A stretch of DNA of 63,300 nucleotides from an uncultured virus (IMG/VR IMGVR_UViG_3300008111_000027) (IMGVR_UViG_3300008111_000027:62001-125300); one strand, 5' to 3'; counted from the first letter of the stretch, positions 1 to 11,117 are shown. A program made the numbers and translations. Notes: a model not told the origin generated them from the sequence alone.

Positions 1-269
1 TGAAAAATCCATTCGTTTAATTTCTCAACAATTTTTATGTTGACAATATAGTTCGTATTAAACTGATTTACAGGAGACCACGACCCCCTTGGGGTTAAAA
101 CACCATATGTCCCATTTTTTTGACAAAAACCATATTGGTTTTTACTCAAGTAGCATTCCTTAAAAACCTCTCTCCATTCACTCAAAAAAAGGTCCTTGAT
201 AGGTCCCTTTATTGTGCAAATCTTTTTTACGTGGTTTTCTATGTTTCTTAAGTTTCCGGTGGAATACAT
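1..269 (-). CDS. hypothetical protein, partial (runs off window)
   Basis: ATG at 269 (MYSTGNLRNIENH...), reads open to the window edge; TATATTTG promoter-like element on the minus strand at about 290-297. Confidence 0.55.
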   Translation of the reverse strand, partial: MYSTGNLRNIENHVKKICTIKGPIKDLFLSEWREVFKECYLSKNQYGFCQKNGTYGVLTPRGSWSPVNQFNTNYIVNIKIVEKLNEWIF

Positions 270-324
270 TAATATTTGGAATATTAAAACAAATATACAG
301 ATATTTATTGATAAATCAAAGTTA

Positions 325-1443
325 ATGTCAACAACTGTCATTTCAAATACTGAAAAACAAAAATTGTACACCCAAGTGTTTCATTTATTGGGTTTACCCG
401 TTAGGGGAGTTGAACTCACAGAAGAACAAATGGACACCTTTTTAGAGTTGTCAGTATCTGAATATGAACAATATGTAAGTGATTGGTTGATTGAATCACA
501 GTGGTCAGCACTCGCTGGTCTTAATGTGGATACACAATCATTAACAAGAGCGTTTACCACAAGGAGTTTAGATTACGAGACACAATACACCCATTCTTAC
601 TCTAAGATTGTAGGTCTACAGACGGGTGGTAATAGTGAATTAAAAAAAGATTATATTTCATTATCTGCGAACACACAAACTTATGTGATTCCTGCTGGTA
701 GAGAGATTAATGAATTATTGTGGTTCTCAAGAGCGGAATTAACAGACTCAATTGTTGACCCATTTTTAGGCGGTTTTGGTGGTCTTGGGGGTGTTGCTTT
801 TGGTGGTGTCGGTGGATTTGCACAACAAGGAGCTTCGGGTTCTTATTTCTTATTACCAGCTTATGATTTATTATTAAGAATGGGCGATAGAAATATTAAA
901 AACCGATTAATTGGTGGTGACTTAACATATAGAATTACGGCAGGACCAAACGGAACAAAAATAGTTCACCTATACAATGTACCAGGTGGTAGATTTGATT
1001 TTGGTTCGATTCAAAACAATAGACAAAAAGTGTGGTATTGGTATTATGATACCACAGACCCCGATACTTGTTTAGACAAAAATAGTGGTATTGTAAAATT
1101 ACCTTCTGATGTTGAAACCGAAGAACTTACTTGGGACATGTTAAATAAACCAGCACAAAACTGGGTTAGGAAATATCTTATCGCATATTCAAAAGAAGGT
1201 TTAGGTAGAATATGGGGTAAATTCTCAGGTGATTTACAAGTACCTGATAGTTCTGTTAAGTTAGATTATTCAACATTGTTACAAGAAGGTAAAGATGAAA
1301 AATTAAAACTTATTGAGGAATTAATGAATCGTTTAGAAAGATTAAGACCCGATAAGTTAATGGAAAGAAAAGGAGCGGAAGCGGAAAACCTAAACAAAGC
1401 ACTTAAGTACAGACCTTTCCAATCACCATTTAACGTAATCTAA
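325..1443 (+). CDS. neck/head-completion protein (T4 gp13-like)
   Basis: LGxPVxxVEL N-terminus and W..KY....SKE.LGRIWGKF...Q.P C-terminus; ATG 325 follows a TATTTATT motif. Confidence 0.7.
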   Translation: MSTTVISNTEKQKLYTQVFHLLGLPVRGVELTEEQMDTFLELSVSEYEQYVSDWLIESQWSALAGLNVDTQSLTRAFTTRSLDYETQYTHSYSKIVGLQTGGNSELKKDYISLSANTQTYVIPAGREINELLWFSRAELTDSIVDPFLGGFGGLGGVAFGGVGGFAQQGASGSYFLLPAYDLLLRMGDRNIKNRLIGGDLTYRITAGPNGTKIVHLYNVPGGRFDFGSIQNNRQKVWYWYYDTTDPDTCLDKNSGIVKLPSDVETEELTWDMLNKPAQNWVRKYLIAYSKEGLGRIWGKFSGDLQVPDSSVKLDYSTLLQEGKDEKLKLIEELMNRLERLRPDKLMERKGAEAENLNKALKYRPFQSPFNVI

Positions 1444-4341
1444 TTAGATATTGGTTGCGTGATAAGCGTAATCATTACCGTTGGTCTGAATAATCTCATC
1501 CTCATTACTCTTGATACTTTCAGCTTGTAGAGATACCACTTTTCTATTCAAATCCACCCAATAAGGGTCTGCTAACTTCAAACTGTCCTCCACATACATA
1601 AAGAAAGGGTCTCTTTTTACTCTATTCCAAAATAGTACTTCACTATCAGATAGTGTCATTACCTCATCGTACTTATCTTGACCATCTTCCTTAAGAGGAA
1701 ACCCACTTACTAATTCACATTGAGCTCTTGTAAAATATTGTCTGTCTTCGGGTTTTTCAACCAAAATATCGTGACGTATTTCAGGGTTGAAAACAACTAA
1801 CAATGGTTCTATTCTCTTATTAAAATTAGTCAAGTATCTCGCCACGTTATAATCACCAGTCATGTCGGGATTGTTTGTTAACTCCTTTTCAGAAATCATG
1901 TAACAATTAATCTGTATGTAATTATCTGGCATTGGTTTACCGTGTAATTTAGTAAACTCCTCTTGTTGTTTTTTGGTTGGTTTTGTTATTTTCTGAACAT
2001 CACCGTCTGATTTTTTTTCACCATTATTAATATAGTAAATGGTCTCACCAAGACTGGCGGGATAGTTATTCTGAATAACCAACTCCATATGTGCTTGTCG
2101 AGACATCAAAGAACCAGCTTTCGTGGTTTTTTTAATATGTTTTTTGTAATCCTCGACCGATTGTTTTACACGAGACTTATTAGCCATTTTAGACAATGGG
2201 ATTTTCTTATCATAAATTTGTTGGACATATCTGTAATAAAGCTCAACAAAAGATAATCCATCGCCATTTAATAGGTGTTTTAATCCTTCATCTAAAAATT
2301 CTACAACATATTGTTGAAGTTTTTTTGATTTAATAGTATTCCCCGTAAGTTTGATTTTTTCTTTACCTTTTTTAAGAAGTTTAATGATGTAATTTTTTCT
2401 TGAAACGTTGATACACGCAGGTGCGGTGTAATCAATATCAAGACCCATTTCATTTCTCATAAAAGTGTCATTGAATTCCGCGGTATCTGCTTCGATACCA
2501 ACGTATTCTTTCCCTTCTTCTACTAATTCATTCAAACCTTTACCAATGTATATGTGGGTATCAATATCATCGGGAGTAGAAAAGTTAACACCGTCCGTAT
2601 CCATTACAAGAGGTTTATATCCTTTTTTCTCAAAGAACATAATCATCATACGAAGACACTGACGACCAGTACATGTGATGGTTTCACCCATGTTCATATC
2701 ACCCCATGGAAATACCTGTGGTGCGGACAAGGAACCAAAATAAGCGTTGATAAAAATCTTGATTGGTAATTGTTTACGGTCGTACATTTCTGCTTGTACG
2801 GGGTCACTATCTTTAAGTTCACCAGCAAGTCTTTTATATTTGATACGAATGTTTCTAAAGTACTTTAACATAGACTTCTGAACACCCATAACATCACATT
2901 CAGGAAATACATCATAAACCAATTGGATTGATGGGTAAAGAGATGCGTAGTCAAATTTTACAATATTCTTGGAGTATCCGACATTTAATAATCTTGAAAG
3001 ACCTCCTGTAATTGCTCTTTTTTCATCTTTGGTGGGTATTGCCAAACCGTTTTCATATGACCAAGCTAACATGATAATTTTCCAAAGTGTTGCAGTTCCC
3101 ATCGTTGCAATTCTTTCATAAGTTGTTGGTACCAATTTAGAAAGTAAGAACGTAGATTGAGAGAACGAATCATCCACAATCATTGTTTCGTACAAGTCAT
3201 CATCAAGATACTGTTCTACAATTCTTTGACCTGGCCATATTTCGTATTTATTAGGGTATTTGTCTAATAAATTTTCAGTACCGGGTTCACCAATCTTTTT
3301 GTATTTACCTGTTTTAGGGTTAACGTAATAACTATCATTTTCCAAATATATTTTTGAAATAAAAGCACCATCGACATATACCCGATTTGGTTTTTCTTTT
3401 TCCAAATATTGGGTAATGTATTTCAATCCCCAAGATTTAATTTCCGAATTAATTGCTTGTGCCCTTCTTACTGCGTGAGCGATATCAACAATATTATGAC
3501 CCCAAATGATATGTTGAGTGTAAGGTTCAATTTCATTTGCTAACTTTAATACACCTTCTTTTTGTTTAATCCCATCCGATGTGAGTATTGATGTACACTC
3601 AACAATATCAACACCTAAAATTTCGGCTCTTTTTAATATGAATGGAAAGTCAAATGACGCTGAATTATACCCACCAATAATTGTTGGTTTTAATTCTTTT
3701 ATTATTTCAAAAAATTCTTCGATACATTTTTTCTCACCATCAGGACCAAAAGCGGGTATGGTTTTTTGTAAACCACGGTTGTCCTTTACTCCAATAAGAA
3801 TTATCTCATTAGTCTCAGGTTCAAGGCCCGTGGTCTCGATATCGAATACAAATCGATGAACACCTGAATAATCATCAATACCTTTAAATAATCTTTTTTT
3901 CTTTTGAATAAGATATTGTTCTACAGGTGATAAAATAGTAAATAAGTGTTTAAAATTATCACCCCACGGGTCAATACCGCCTTGTTTGAAAAAACTAATT
4001 AATTCACGATAACCCTTTAGACTTTTTACTAAAAAATTTTGTCCATTTTCAAGTCTATCATTACCTTGGGTCTCAAGTTTATCAATAATAATACCGTATT
4101 CCCCCATTTTTTTCTTTTGTATGGATTTACTTCCTTGATAGAAATTACAAGAACTTAAATCACCAACCCATAGAAATGGAGTTAAAGTGTCGGGTTTTAC
4201 TACCTTACCCCTTACAGGGTCTTGAATAATTTTGTAAATTTTGTTGGTTTGGTAATCGTATTCAACCCCTACAATGTATTCTTCAGGGTCCCAACCATTT
4301 AAAAAACTTTCGATTACCTCTTGAGAAATAACTTCTGACAT
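1444..4341 (-). CDS. family B DNA polymerase
   Basis: ExoI FDIET, ExoII YNSASFD, polymerase motifs DYASLYPS, K..IN.YFG, DTDG. Confidence 0.95.
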   Translation of the reverse strand: MSEVISQEVIESFLNGWDPEEYIVGVEYDYQTNKIYKIIQDPVRGKVVKPDTLTPFLWVGDLSSCNFYQGSKSIQKKKMGEYGIIIDKLETQGNDRLENGQNFLVKSLKGYRELISFFKQGGIDPWGDNFKHLFTILSPVEQYLIQKKKRLFKGIDDYSGVHRFVFDIETTGLEPETNEIILIGVKDNRGLQKTIPAFGPDGEKKCIEEFFEIIKELKPTIIGGYNSASFDFPFILKRAEILGVDIVECTSILTSDGIKQKEGVLKLANEIEPYTQHIIWGHNIVDIAHAVRRAQAINSEIKSWGLKYITQYLEKEKPNRVYVDGAFISKIYLENDSYYVNPKTGKYKKIGEPGTENLLDKYPNKYEIWPGQRIVEQYLDDDLYETMIVDDSFSQSTFLLSKLVPTTYERIATMGTATLWKIIMLAWSYENGLAIPTKDEKRAITGGLSRLLNVGYSKNIVKFDYASLYPSIQLVYDVFPECDVMGVQKSMLKYFRNIRIKYKRLAGELKDSDPVQAEMYDRKQLPIKIFINAYFGSLSAPQVFPWGDMNMGETITCTGRQCLRMMIMFFEKKGYKPLVMDTDGVNFSTPDDIDTHIYIGKGLNELVEEGKEYVGIEADTAEFNDTFMRNEMGLDIDYTAPACINVSRKNYIIKLLKKGKEKIKLTGNTIKSKKLQQYVVEFLDEGLKHLLNGDGLSFVELYYRYVQQIYDKKIPLSKMANKSRVKQSVEDYKKHIKKTTKAGSLMSRQAHMELVIQNNYPASLGETIYYINNGEKKSDGDVQKITKPTKKQQEEFTKLHGKPMPDNYIQINCYMISEKELTNNPDMTGDYNVARYLTNFNKRIEPLLVVFNPEIRHDILVEKPEDRQYFTRAQCELVSGFPLKEDGQDKYDEVMTLSDSEVLFWNRVKRDPFFMYVEDSLKLADPYWVDLNRKVVSLQAESIKSNEDEIIQTNGNDYAYHATNI

Positions 4342-4428
4342 ATCGTATATTTTTGTTTTGACACATTTGCTTACAACACCGTGTTGTAGTTTGTCTTGCT
4401 AACAATTATACGAAATAATCATCACATA

Positions 4429-4797
4429 TCAAAATATGGTGATAAATAATTTTTCCTTTACAGGAAGAATCAGTTTTGTGGTTGGATTTAAGTTGGTATC
4501 TAAAAATTGAACTGTAACTTTACCTTCATACTTACCAATTCTTGCGGTTTGTGATTCTGTGAATTGGTGGGTAATATAATATTCGTCTGTGGTTTGATTG
4601 TACTTTTTGTCTCTTGTGGTGATTAAACAAGTTGAGTTTAGGATTTCAGGTTCACCTGTCTCAACATCAAACATATCAAAAGTAATATCACAACTTTCCA
4701 ACATATCGTTGAATCCGGATTTATCATTTTTTCCATCATCAATAAGTCTCATTTTTAATATCGGTTGTGAAGCACCTTGTCTTATAAAAAATTCCAT
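4429..4797 (-). CDS. BppU-N-like virion structural protein
   Basis: F.IRQG...P.L...L N-terminus, G.Y.G...V.F. Confidence 0.5.
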   Translation of the reverse strand: MEFFIRQGASQPILKMRLIDDGKNDKSGFNDMLESCDITFDMFDVETGEPEILNSTCLITTRDKKYNQTTDEYYITHQFTESQTARIGKYEGKVTVQFLDTNLNPTTKLILPVKEKLFITIF

Positions 4798-4802
4798 CTT
4801 AT

Positions 4803-5435
4803 TTAATATATTTTATTTAATACAAAAATGTCACTATATATTTTATTTGCGGGGTCACTTGAACTAAACTGAGCTGTTACTTCAATTGTATTTGAAACGG
4901 TGGTATCAAACGTAGTACTATTAACCGTATTGAACGCAAACCCACCTTGTGAACCATTAGATTGTTTTGTTGTATGAAATACACCAAGAGCAACTATACT
5001 GGCAACACCCGCAACACCGAGAGACCTAATTGTGAAATTTATAGAAAGTTGCCAAACGTCATCAACTGATGTTGTCATATTTTGAAGTCCAGAATCTGCT
5101 AAAATTACCGAACCAGTTTTAACTTTTATTCTTATATCATCACCATTTTTTGCGGATAAAAGACCACCAAAATCCGCTCTAAAGCTATCACCAACCCTAA
5201 ATCCATTAGCGGGAACACTTAAGGTTCCAACCCCACCGTCAATAACACTTAATTCTGATGTTGTACCACTTATAGTTACACTATTTCCTGTTTGAGAAAA
5301 CAAACCATAAACCGTTGGAAATGGAGCTAAAACACTATTTTTAACTCTATATGTGGTTCCACCTTGAGAAACAGCAAACTCCGCATTTGCGGTTAAACCT
5401 GTAAGTTCGGGTAATTGGGATATTGGTAAATTCAT
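4803..5435 (-). CDS. putative virion/tail fibre-associated protein
   Basis: ISQLPE N-terminal motif, beta-rich, late-promoter motif upstream. Confidence 0.5.
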   Translation of the reverse strand: MNLPISQLPELTGLTANAEFAVSQGGTTYRVKNSVLAPFPTVYGLFSQTGNSVTISGTTSELSVIDGGVGTLSVPANGFRVGDSFRADFGGLLSAKNGDDIRIKVKTGSVILADSGLQNMTTSVDDVWQLSINFTIRSLGVAGVASIVALGVFHTTKQSNGSQGGFAFNTVNSTTFDTTVSNTIEVTAQFSSSDPANKIYSDIFVLNKIY

Positions 5436-5464
5436 CTTATTTTATAAATATCTATTTTTATATT

Positions 5465-6391
5465 TTAATACGTTTGAGGTGTTTGATACGTATTTCTTGT
5501 GGTGGTAGAGTTAAATCCTGATACCGTATGTAACGTTGTCCAAGTTGTTCCATTATTACTACCGGCAATCGTCCATGATTTAGGGTCTCTACTTTCTTCA
5601 TCATTTGCGGTACCCCATCTATAACCCGTAAACGCCTTTGCACTACTAAATTGAAAAATAAAATTACTTACATTTCCATTTGTTACAAAATTCAAATCCA
5701 AAGCTTTAGTTGTTAAATTACCATCCGCTAACTTTGGAGGTTCCTCACCAACAGGGTTATTACCACTTGGGTTAGTTACCGTAACACCAGCCATACTTTG
5801 GTCTACACCACCTATTTGAAAAACGAATTCGGATGCTTGTATGCAATTCGCATTAGGTGGTGATGTTTTACTTTCAGTAATCTGCCACCTATAATATGTG
5901 TATGCGGGTCTTGATGGTGTTGGTGTTGGTGTTGGGGTAACCGACGGTGTTCTACTTGGTGTTATTGATGGTGTTACACTTGTTGAAGGTGTTCTACTTG
6001 GTGTAACAGACGGTGTAACAGATGGTGTTACACTTGGGGTTATAGACGGTGTAACAGATGGTGTTATCGATGGTGTTACACTTGTTGAAGGTGTCACTGT
6101 TGGGGTCGGAGATGGACCTGTTTCTATTTTTATTTTATAATAGTTTTCTTGGAAAATATAATCACCGTTTTCTTGTAGTAAAAAATTACCTGATAAATCT
6201 TCTACGTACAGTGTACAAGTACTACCAAACGCGGGAAAAAATAAAGAATATGTTCCATAAAAATAAGACGCAACATAATCATAGGGTAATACTTGGGTGC
6301 CAAGATTAATAGTACCACCAGTATCTGGATAATAAGTAATAACCGCACTTTGACCTGTATAATTTGTCGAAACTATTTTTAAAGTATCCAT
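5465..6391 (-). CDS. virion protein with Pro/Thr/Ser linker and discoidin (F5/8C)-like C-terminal domain
   Basis: (TPSV/TPSI)n linker; RDPKSW.I.GSN.G.TWT.L motif. Confidence 0.65.
   Translation of the reverse strand: MDTLKIVSTNYTGQSAVITYYPDTGGTINLGTQVLPYDYVASYFYGTYSLFFPAFGSTCTLYVEDLSGNFLLQENGDYIFQENYYKIKIETGPSPTPTVTPSTSVTPSITPSVTPSITPSVTPSVTPSVTPSRTPSTSVTPSITPSRTPSVTPTPTPTPSRPAYTYYRWQITESKTSPPNANCIQASEFVFQIGGVDQSMAGVTVTNPSGNNPVGEEPPKLADGNLTTKALDLNFVTNGNVSNFIFQFSSAKAFTGYRWGTANDEESRDPKSWTIAGSNNGTTWTTLHTVSGFNSTTTRNTYQTPQTY
5915..6110 (-). repeat. 12-nt-period coding repeat (TPSV/TPSI)
   Basis: tandem ggtgttacact/ggtgtaacaga units. Confidence 0.8.
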
Positions 6392-6423
6392 TTATTTAAA
6401 TTATATCAATTTGTATCATTTTT

Positions 6424-6630
6424 TTAAAGGCCAATCATACTATCCACACAATTTTCAACACATTCCGTTATGTCATAGTTGGGTTTAGTATCAACAAGAT
6501 AATGATGTCTTACTCTTACAAAATTTAATGGTTCTTCATAATATTGTACTCTTTTAAAATTAAAACAAGAAATACCCATATTATGTATGCCACCAGAATA
6601 TTGTGTACCACCAGCCCACGATTGAATCAT
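6424..6630 (-). CDS. short ORF, possibly the C-terminal part of the upstream LamG-like protein
   Basis: ATGA overlap with the stop of 6627-7628; ends like a LamG domain (YEEPL...V..HY). Confidence 0.45.
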   Translation of the reverse strand: MIQSWAGGTQYSGGIHNMGISCFNFKRVQYYEEPLNFVRVRHHYLVDTKPNYDITECVENCVDSMIGL

Positions 6631-7628
6631 TCTTCATATGTTGGAGTCGCTCCCGTTAACCAACTACTAATCGGGGTGGTCAATGTTCGACCTGTAATCA
6701 AATCATTCCAACCACCATCATTTTCTAATTCACAATCATTAAAATATTTATCTCTTTCAAAAGTTATTGTGATATTAAAATCTTTAGATGTTCCACTTGT
6801 ACATAAAACAGGTGTTTGACCTGAAGATGTATAAAAAGTTTCACTGTATCCACTGTTTGTTGTACAAATACCCGAATATCTTATTGCTCTCCATTGAATT
6901 CTACCGTCATTTGTAAAAGAAAAAGATAGGTTATTATCTGCGTAGTTTCTTAAATCAGATTCACCTCTCACACCTAAATAATAAATGGTTCTTCCGCTCG
7001 ACCAACCTGAATTATTTCTATTTAAAACCAAATCAATTGTCCATCCTTTTTCTGTTCTTCTTTTGACTTTGTAGGAACAATTATCAACCCCCGCACCATG
7101 ATTTATTTGATAAGCCCAAGGTTTTGCTTCAGATATTAAATCCTGAGGACAACAATCATCTCCTCCTAATTGTTCAGTACACGCATATGACGAAGAACCT
7201 AATCCCGATGTTTGTAAAGAAAATGGATTTGATAAAGCGTTGTTATAACCACTATTTATTAAATAATGAGTGTTATTATTCAGTGTATAAGAATAAACGT
7301 CGTTTTGTAATATAGTATCGGAATTACCTAATGTAGCCGTAAATGCAGAATATTGTAAAGTCCAAGAGAGTCCCAAATACACATAGGAAGCATCATTGAC
7401 TGTATTGTTATATTCAACCAAAGATATTGTATCTCTTGTACAATCGGTTCCCGATAAACCCGTTGTATTAATAGTCAATCCGGTATACACGATAGTGTTA
7501 TCTAAATCTAAAACCAAATCATCGTAATCTAATTCAGTTTTAGAGATTTCGTAATCGTAATATTCCGAAGAATCGAGTTGTAAATCTAATTTACTCCCCC
7601 AAAATTTAAGTATGTTTTGACTATTCAT
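6627..7628 (-). CDS. putative virion protein (LamG/concanavalin-like region)
   Basis: GWTIDLVLNR...IYYLG...NLSFSFT; late-promoter motif upstream. Confidence 0.5.
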   Translation of the reverse strand: MNSQNILKFWGSKLDLQLDSSEYYDYEISKTELDYDDLVLDLDNTIVYTGLTINTTGLSGTDCTRDTISLVEYNNTVNDASYVYLGLSWTLQYSAFTATLGNSDTILQNDVYSYTLNNNTHYLINSGYNNALSNPFSLQTSGLGSSSYACTEQLGGDDCCPQDLISEAKPWAYQINHGAGVDNCSYKVKRRTEKGWTIDLVLNRNNSGWSSGRTIYYLGVRGESDLRNYADNNLSFSFTNDGRIQWRAIRYSGICTTNSGYSETFYTSSGQTPVLCTSGTSKDFNITITFERDKYFNDCELENDGGWNDLITGRTLTTPISSWLTGATPTYEE

Positions 7629-7684
7629 GATATTCTATAAATATCTTTCCTTTCTTTTGATATTTATATTAAAAAGATAATTGC

Positions 7685-8446
7685 ATGGATAAATATGTTA
7701 AAAATATAATTGAAGAGACATTTGCGTCCAAAAAACAACAAAGATATTTCTACGCGAAAGCAAACGATAAGTCAATCCCAAAGAAAGAAAGAAAAAAATG
7801 GTCAAAGTGGGCCAAAGAATATTCTGATGATACCGACTTTGAGAAAATTCCAGAAAAGGTTGAAACTGAGGTAGATGAAATTGTTGATGAAAAAGGTAAC
7901 GTAGCAAGAAGAAAAATTCCAATTTCTAAAGCAAGTAAAGGTGGTTCTCACGCAATAACCGATAAAGTTGTCAAAACAGGTTTTGGTCAAATGGGTACAC
8001 ATGGTATTGCTCATGGGACAAATACAACCATAAAATATTGGACGGAGTCTGATTTAAGTAAAGCTTTAGGTTATGAAAAAACTTTAGGTCAGGACGAAGA
8101 CATTGAAGGTGCTTATGAATATTTTGAAGACGATTTAGGTATGAGTGATGATGAGAGCAAAGAAAGATTATCTTCCTATGGTTATGATGAAAAATTAAAA
8201 GGAGACAAGGTCAGACTTATTGAAAATCCTAAAAAATTTGTAAATGATTATGTTGAAAGTGTTCTTAATAAAAAATCTAACAGTAGTGATTTAGTAAAAA
8301 AAGACCAAACAGAAGATATTGAAACAGAATTAAGTCCAATTATTAAAAGACAGGTTATGTCTTTAAAAAATACTTTAGTAAAAAATAACGTATCTGTTGA
8401 AGATGTAATTAATATCCTTAAAAAGGAAGAAGATTCCGATGAATAA
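7685..8446 (+). CDS. hypothetical protein
   Basis: ORF; F.SKKQQRYFYAKA motif; late-promoter motif 7661-7668. Confidence 0.7.
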   Translation: MDKYVKNIIEETFASKKQQRYFYAKANDKSIPKKERKKWSKWAKEYSDDTDFEKIPEKVETEVDEIVDEKGNVARRKIPISKASKGGSHAITDKVVKTGFGQMGTHGIAHGTNTTIKYWTESDLSKALGYEKTLGQDEDIEGAYEYFEDDLGMSDDESKERLSSYGYDEKLKGDKVRLIENPKKFVNDYVESVLNKKSNSSDLVKKDQTEDIETELSPIIKRQVMSLKNTLVKNNVSVEDVINILKKEEDSDE

Positions 8447-8936
8447 AGAATTAAAAGGTAGAATTTTTGATATCCCGCAAGATATTTTAGACAAGATAAA
8501 CCACACTGTAGTTGGTTTAAACGGTGAAAATGTGCGAGGTATTGAAAGAGCTAAAAAACTTTTAATTGATAAAAAAGTAAAATACGGTCAACTTAAAAGA
8601 ATTATCCATGACATCCAAAATATGGATAAAATGCAAGAAAAAACTAAGTACGACTTATGTGGCGGAGACCTCATGGAAAAATGGGCTAAACAATTTTTAC
8701 AAGGAGAAAGAGATTTAGTAAGTAATAGAAAAGACTCCAAAAAAAGAGCCGATGAGATTACGTCAATGACAGGGGAAAGAAAAAACAGTCATTTAAAATC
8801 ACACAAAAAAAGATTTAGTTTTAAAATTCCAACAAATTTGATTAAGAGTAATTCTCATAAGACGAGTGTATCTCCACTTACATCAATGAAATTATTTGAA
8901 GAAATAGATAAAATAAAAAAATTAATTAGTTACTAA
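8439..8936 (+). CDS. hypothetical protein
   Basis: ORF coupled to the previous gene. Confidence 0.7.
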   Translation: MNKELKGRIFDIPQDILDKINHTVVGLNGENVRGIERAKKLLIDKKVKYGQLKRIIHDIQNMDKMQEKTKYDLCGGDLMEKWAKQFLQGERDLVSNRKDSKKRADEITSMTGERKNSHLKSHKKRFSFKIPTNLIKSNSHKTSVSPLTSMKLFEEIDKIKKLISY

Positions 8937-8937
8937 T

Positions 8938-9603
8938 ATGCCAACACAATTAGAAATAATCGGAGATAGAGAGAGAAACATTCTCATGTCAAGGAACGAA
9001 TACAATCTTGGAGATTTGTACAGTTCAAATAATACTGGTGCGTTATCAGACGGTGATGAAAGAGGAAAAGGTGAATTAAGCGGAAATATTGGTTCTAAAA
9101 CTGATATCATGGAAAGAACTTCTTTAGTCGCAAAAAATCCTTACGGTCCAACAAATCAGTATAACAGTGGTAATCCTAACGCACTGTCAGACGGTGATGA
9201 AAAAGGTAAAGGAGAACTGAATAATAGTATTGGTTCTAAAACCGACATCGCGGAAAGAAATAGTCTTTTAGCTAAAAATATTTACAATAACTCTTTTCAA
9301 TATTCTTCAGGTAATCCAAACGCTTTGTCAGATGGTGATGAAAGAGGTAGAGGAGAAAATAATACAGGTGGTGTAGGCACTGTTACCGACATAAATGAGA
9401 GGACAACTCTATTAGCTAAAAATATTTACAATAATAATTTTGGGTACTCAACCATTAACCCAAATGCAATATCAGATGGTGATGAAAGAGGTAGAGGAGA
9501 AAATAATACAGGTGGTGTAGGTACTGTTACCGACATAAATGAGAGGACAACTTTAGGCGCTAAAAACAAATACGGTAGTACAAAAACATATCCTGATTTT
9601 TAA
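8938..9603 (+). CDS. tandem-repeat protein (4 x 47-48 aa)
   Basis: A(L/I)SDGDE.G.GE....G..TDI.ER..L.AKN.Y repeated. Confidence 0.75.
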   Translation: MPTQLEIIGDRERNILMSRNEYNLGDLYSSNNTGALSDGDERGKGELSGNIGSKTDIMERTSLVAKNPYGPTNQYNSGNPNALSDGDEKGKGELNNSIGSKTDIAERNSLLAKNIYNNSFQYSSGNPNALSDGDERGRGENNTGGVGTVTDINERTTLLAKNIYNNNFGYSTINPNAISDGDERGRGENNTGGVGTVTDINERTTLGAKNKYGSTKTYPDF

Positions 9604-10457
9604 TGATAAACTTTGAATCAATATTAACAAACATTCTTACTGAGGCACCTTCAAGGGGTACCCAAAAAACTCTTGAATATGCTATTAAAAATAGGATGCC
9701 CGTTTCTTTTGATTATAGAGGACCAAAAGGTGAAGTTTTACCTGGTAGAAGAATTAAAGCCGAATTGGTTGCATCGGGATTAACTAAAAAAGGAAATTTA
9801 GCTGTCAGAGGGTGGGTACAACCACCGTCAGTTTCTAAAAAAGGATTTAGAGAGCATGGATGGAGAACATTTATTTTAGACAGAATATCATCTGGTTCAG
9901 TACAAGTTTACGAGGACGAACAATTCACACAAAAAAGACCCGGATATAAAGAAGGTGATGATAAAAGTTTTTCCACAACATATGTAACAAGTGATTGGGG
10001 AGCCGTGAAACAACCCCAACAAACAAAACCAACACCATCACCTGAACCAAAACGTAAAGAAGAACCAAGAAGACAGGAACTACCTCAACCAAAACCAAAA
10101 GAAAAACCAACGGTCACTCCGGTTGAAACACCAAAAAGAGAAGTCGAAGTTTTCAATGATTTAAAAACTAAAGTAAAAGTTGTTGACAATATAAAACAAA
10201 TTAATCCTGAAGATTTTAAAACCGCGATTGATGATTTATACAAAAAGAAAATGGATGATTGGAAAAAATCACAAACAGAAATTGGTGGAAATGTAAATGC
10301 GGGTGAGGGAACAAGAAGAAGAATGGAAAAAGATTCTGAGTCAGATTTAGATAGACTACTAAAACAAGATAATATTAAAGTTATTGAACCGTCATCGGAA
10401 GAACCCGTTGAACTGCAAGAACAATTAAAAAGAATCAAGACTTTAATTTTCTTTTAA
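9603..10457 (+). CDS. WYL-like domain protein
   Basis: L..AI.NR..V.F.Y...GRR...G....G...VRGW...GWRTF.LDRI. Confidence 0.6.
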   Translation: MINFESILTNILTEAPSRGTQKTLEYAIKNRMPVSFDYRGPKGEVLPGRRIKAELVASGLTKKGNLAVRGWVQPPSVSKKGFREHGWRTFILDRISSGSVQVYEDEQFTQKRPGYKEGDDKSFSTTYVTSDWGAVKQPQQTKPTPSPEPKRKEEPRRQELPQPKPKEKPTVTPVETPKREVEVFNDLKTKVKVVDNIKQINPEDFKTAIDDLYKKKMDDWKKSQTEIGGNVNAGEGTRRRMEKDSESDLDRLLKQDNIKVIEPSSEEPVELQEQLKRIKTLIFF

Positions 10458-10484
10458 AAATACTTATTTTATAAAAAAATCAAT

Positions 10485-11066
10485 ATGGAAAAAACAGGAC
10501 AAGGGGTGATATCACAAAATGACCTAATGCAAAGACTAGTACAAGCCAAAAAAATATTGAACAAAGTTGAAACTGGAGACTTTGAAACTGGCCATGTAAA
10601 CGAAGAAATATTAAGAAGTAACCCTGAAGATGTATTATCATCATCAAATCAAAATCCACAAATTAGACAACCACAACAACCTAATTTGCAAAAAATACAA
10701 GAATCCAAATTACCTGAAGCAATCAAAAGAGCGATGATTGAAAATCCGATACCTCAAATTAGTTTATCAGATTCTTTAGATTTAAACTTTGTTGAAAAAA
10801 CAAAAAAACTAATGGAATCTGAAGGTGTCGCCACAAAAAAATCTACACAACAAAGGAGTTCACAAGTGGATAGTTCAGATTTAGTTAAACAACTTACACC
10901 AATAATTGAAAACATTGTAAGAAAGACTGTAGTCGAAATTATGGATTCCAAACTCAATCAAATTTTAACGGCACAACAAACCATGAGTATCAATGAAAAT
11001 TTGGTATTAAAGGTTGGTGATTCTGTTTTTAAAGGTAAAATTACTGGCGTAAATAAATCTAAGTAA
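10485..11066 (+). CDS. hypothetical protein
   Basis: ORF in operon. Confidence 0.7.
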   Translation: MEKTGQGVISQNDLMQRLVQAKKILNKVETGDFETGHVNEEILRSNPEDVLSSSNQNPQIRQPQQPNLQKIQESKLPEAIKRAMIENPIPQISLSDSLDLNFVEKTKKLMESEGVATKKSTQQRSSQVDSSDLVKQLTPIIENIVRKTVVEIMDSKLNQILTAQQTMSINENLVLKVGDSVFKGKITGVNKSK

Positions 11067-11117
11067 GTTTGACTTTTCAATTTTTTTTCTTATAATTTAT
11101 AAAAAGGAAAAATTTGA

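Noticed and set aside
196..324. N-terminal extension of the neck protein in the ORF track
   Set aside because: Overlaps a divergent gene and promoter motifs; ATG 325 is more plausible.
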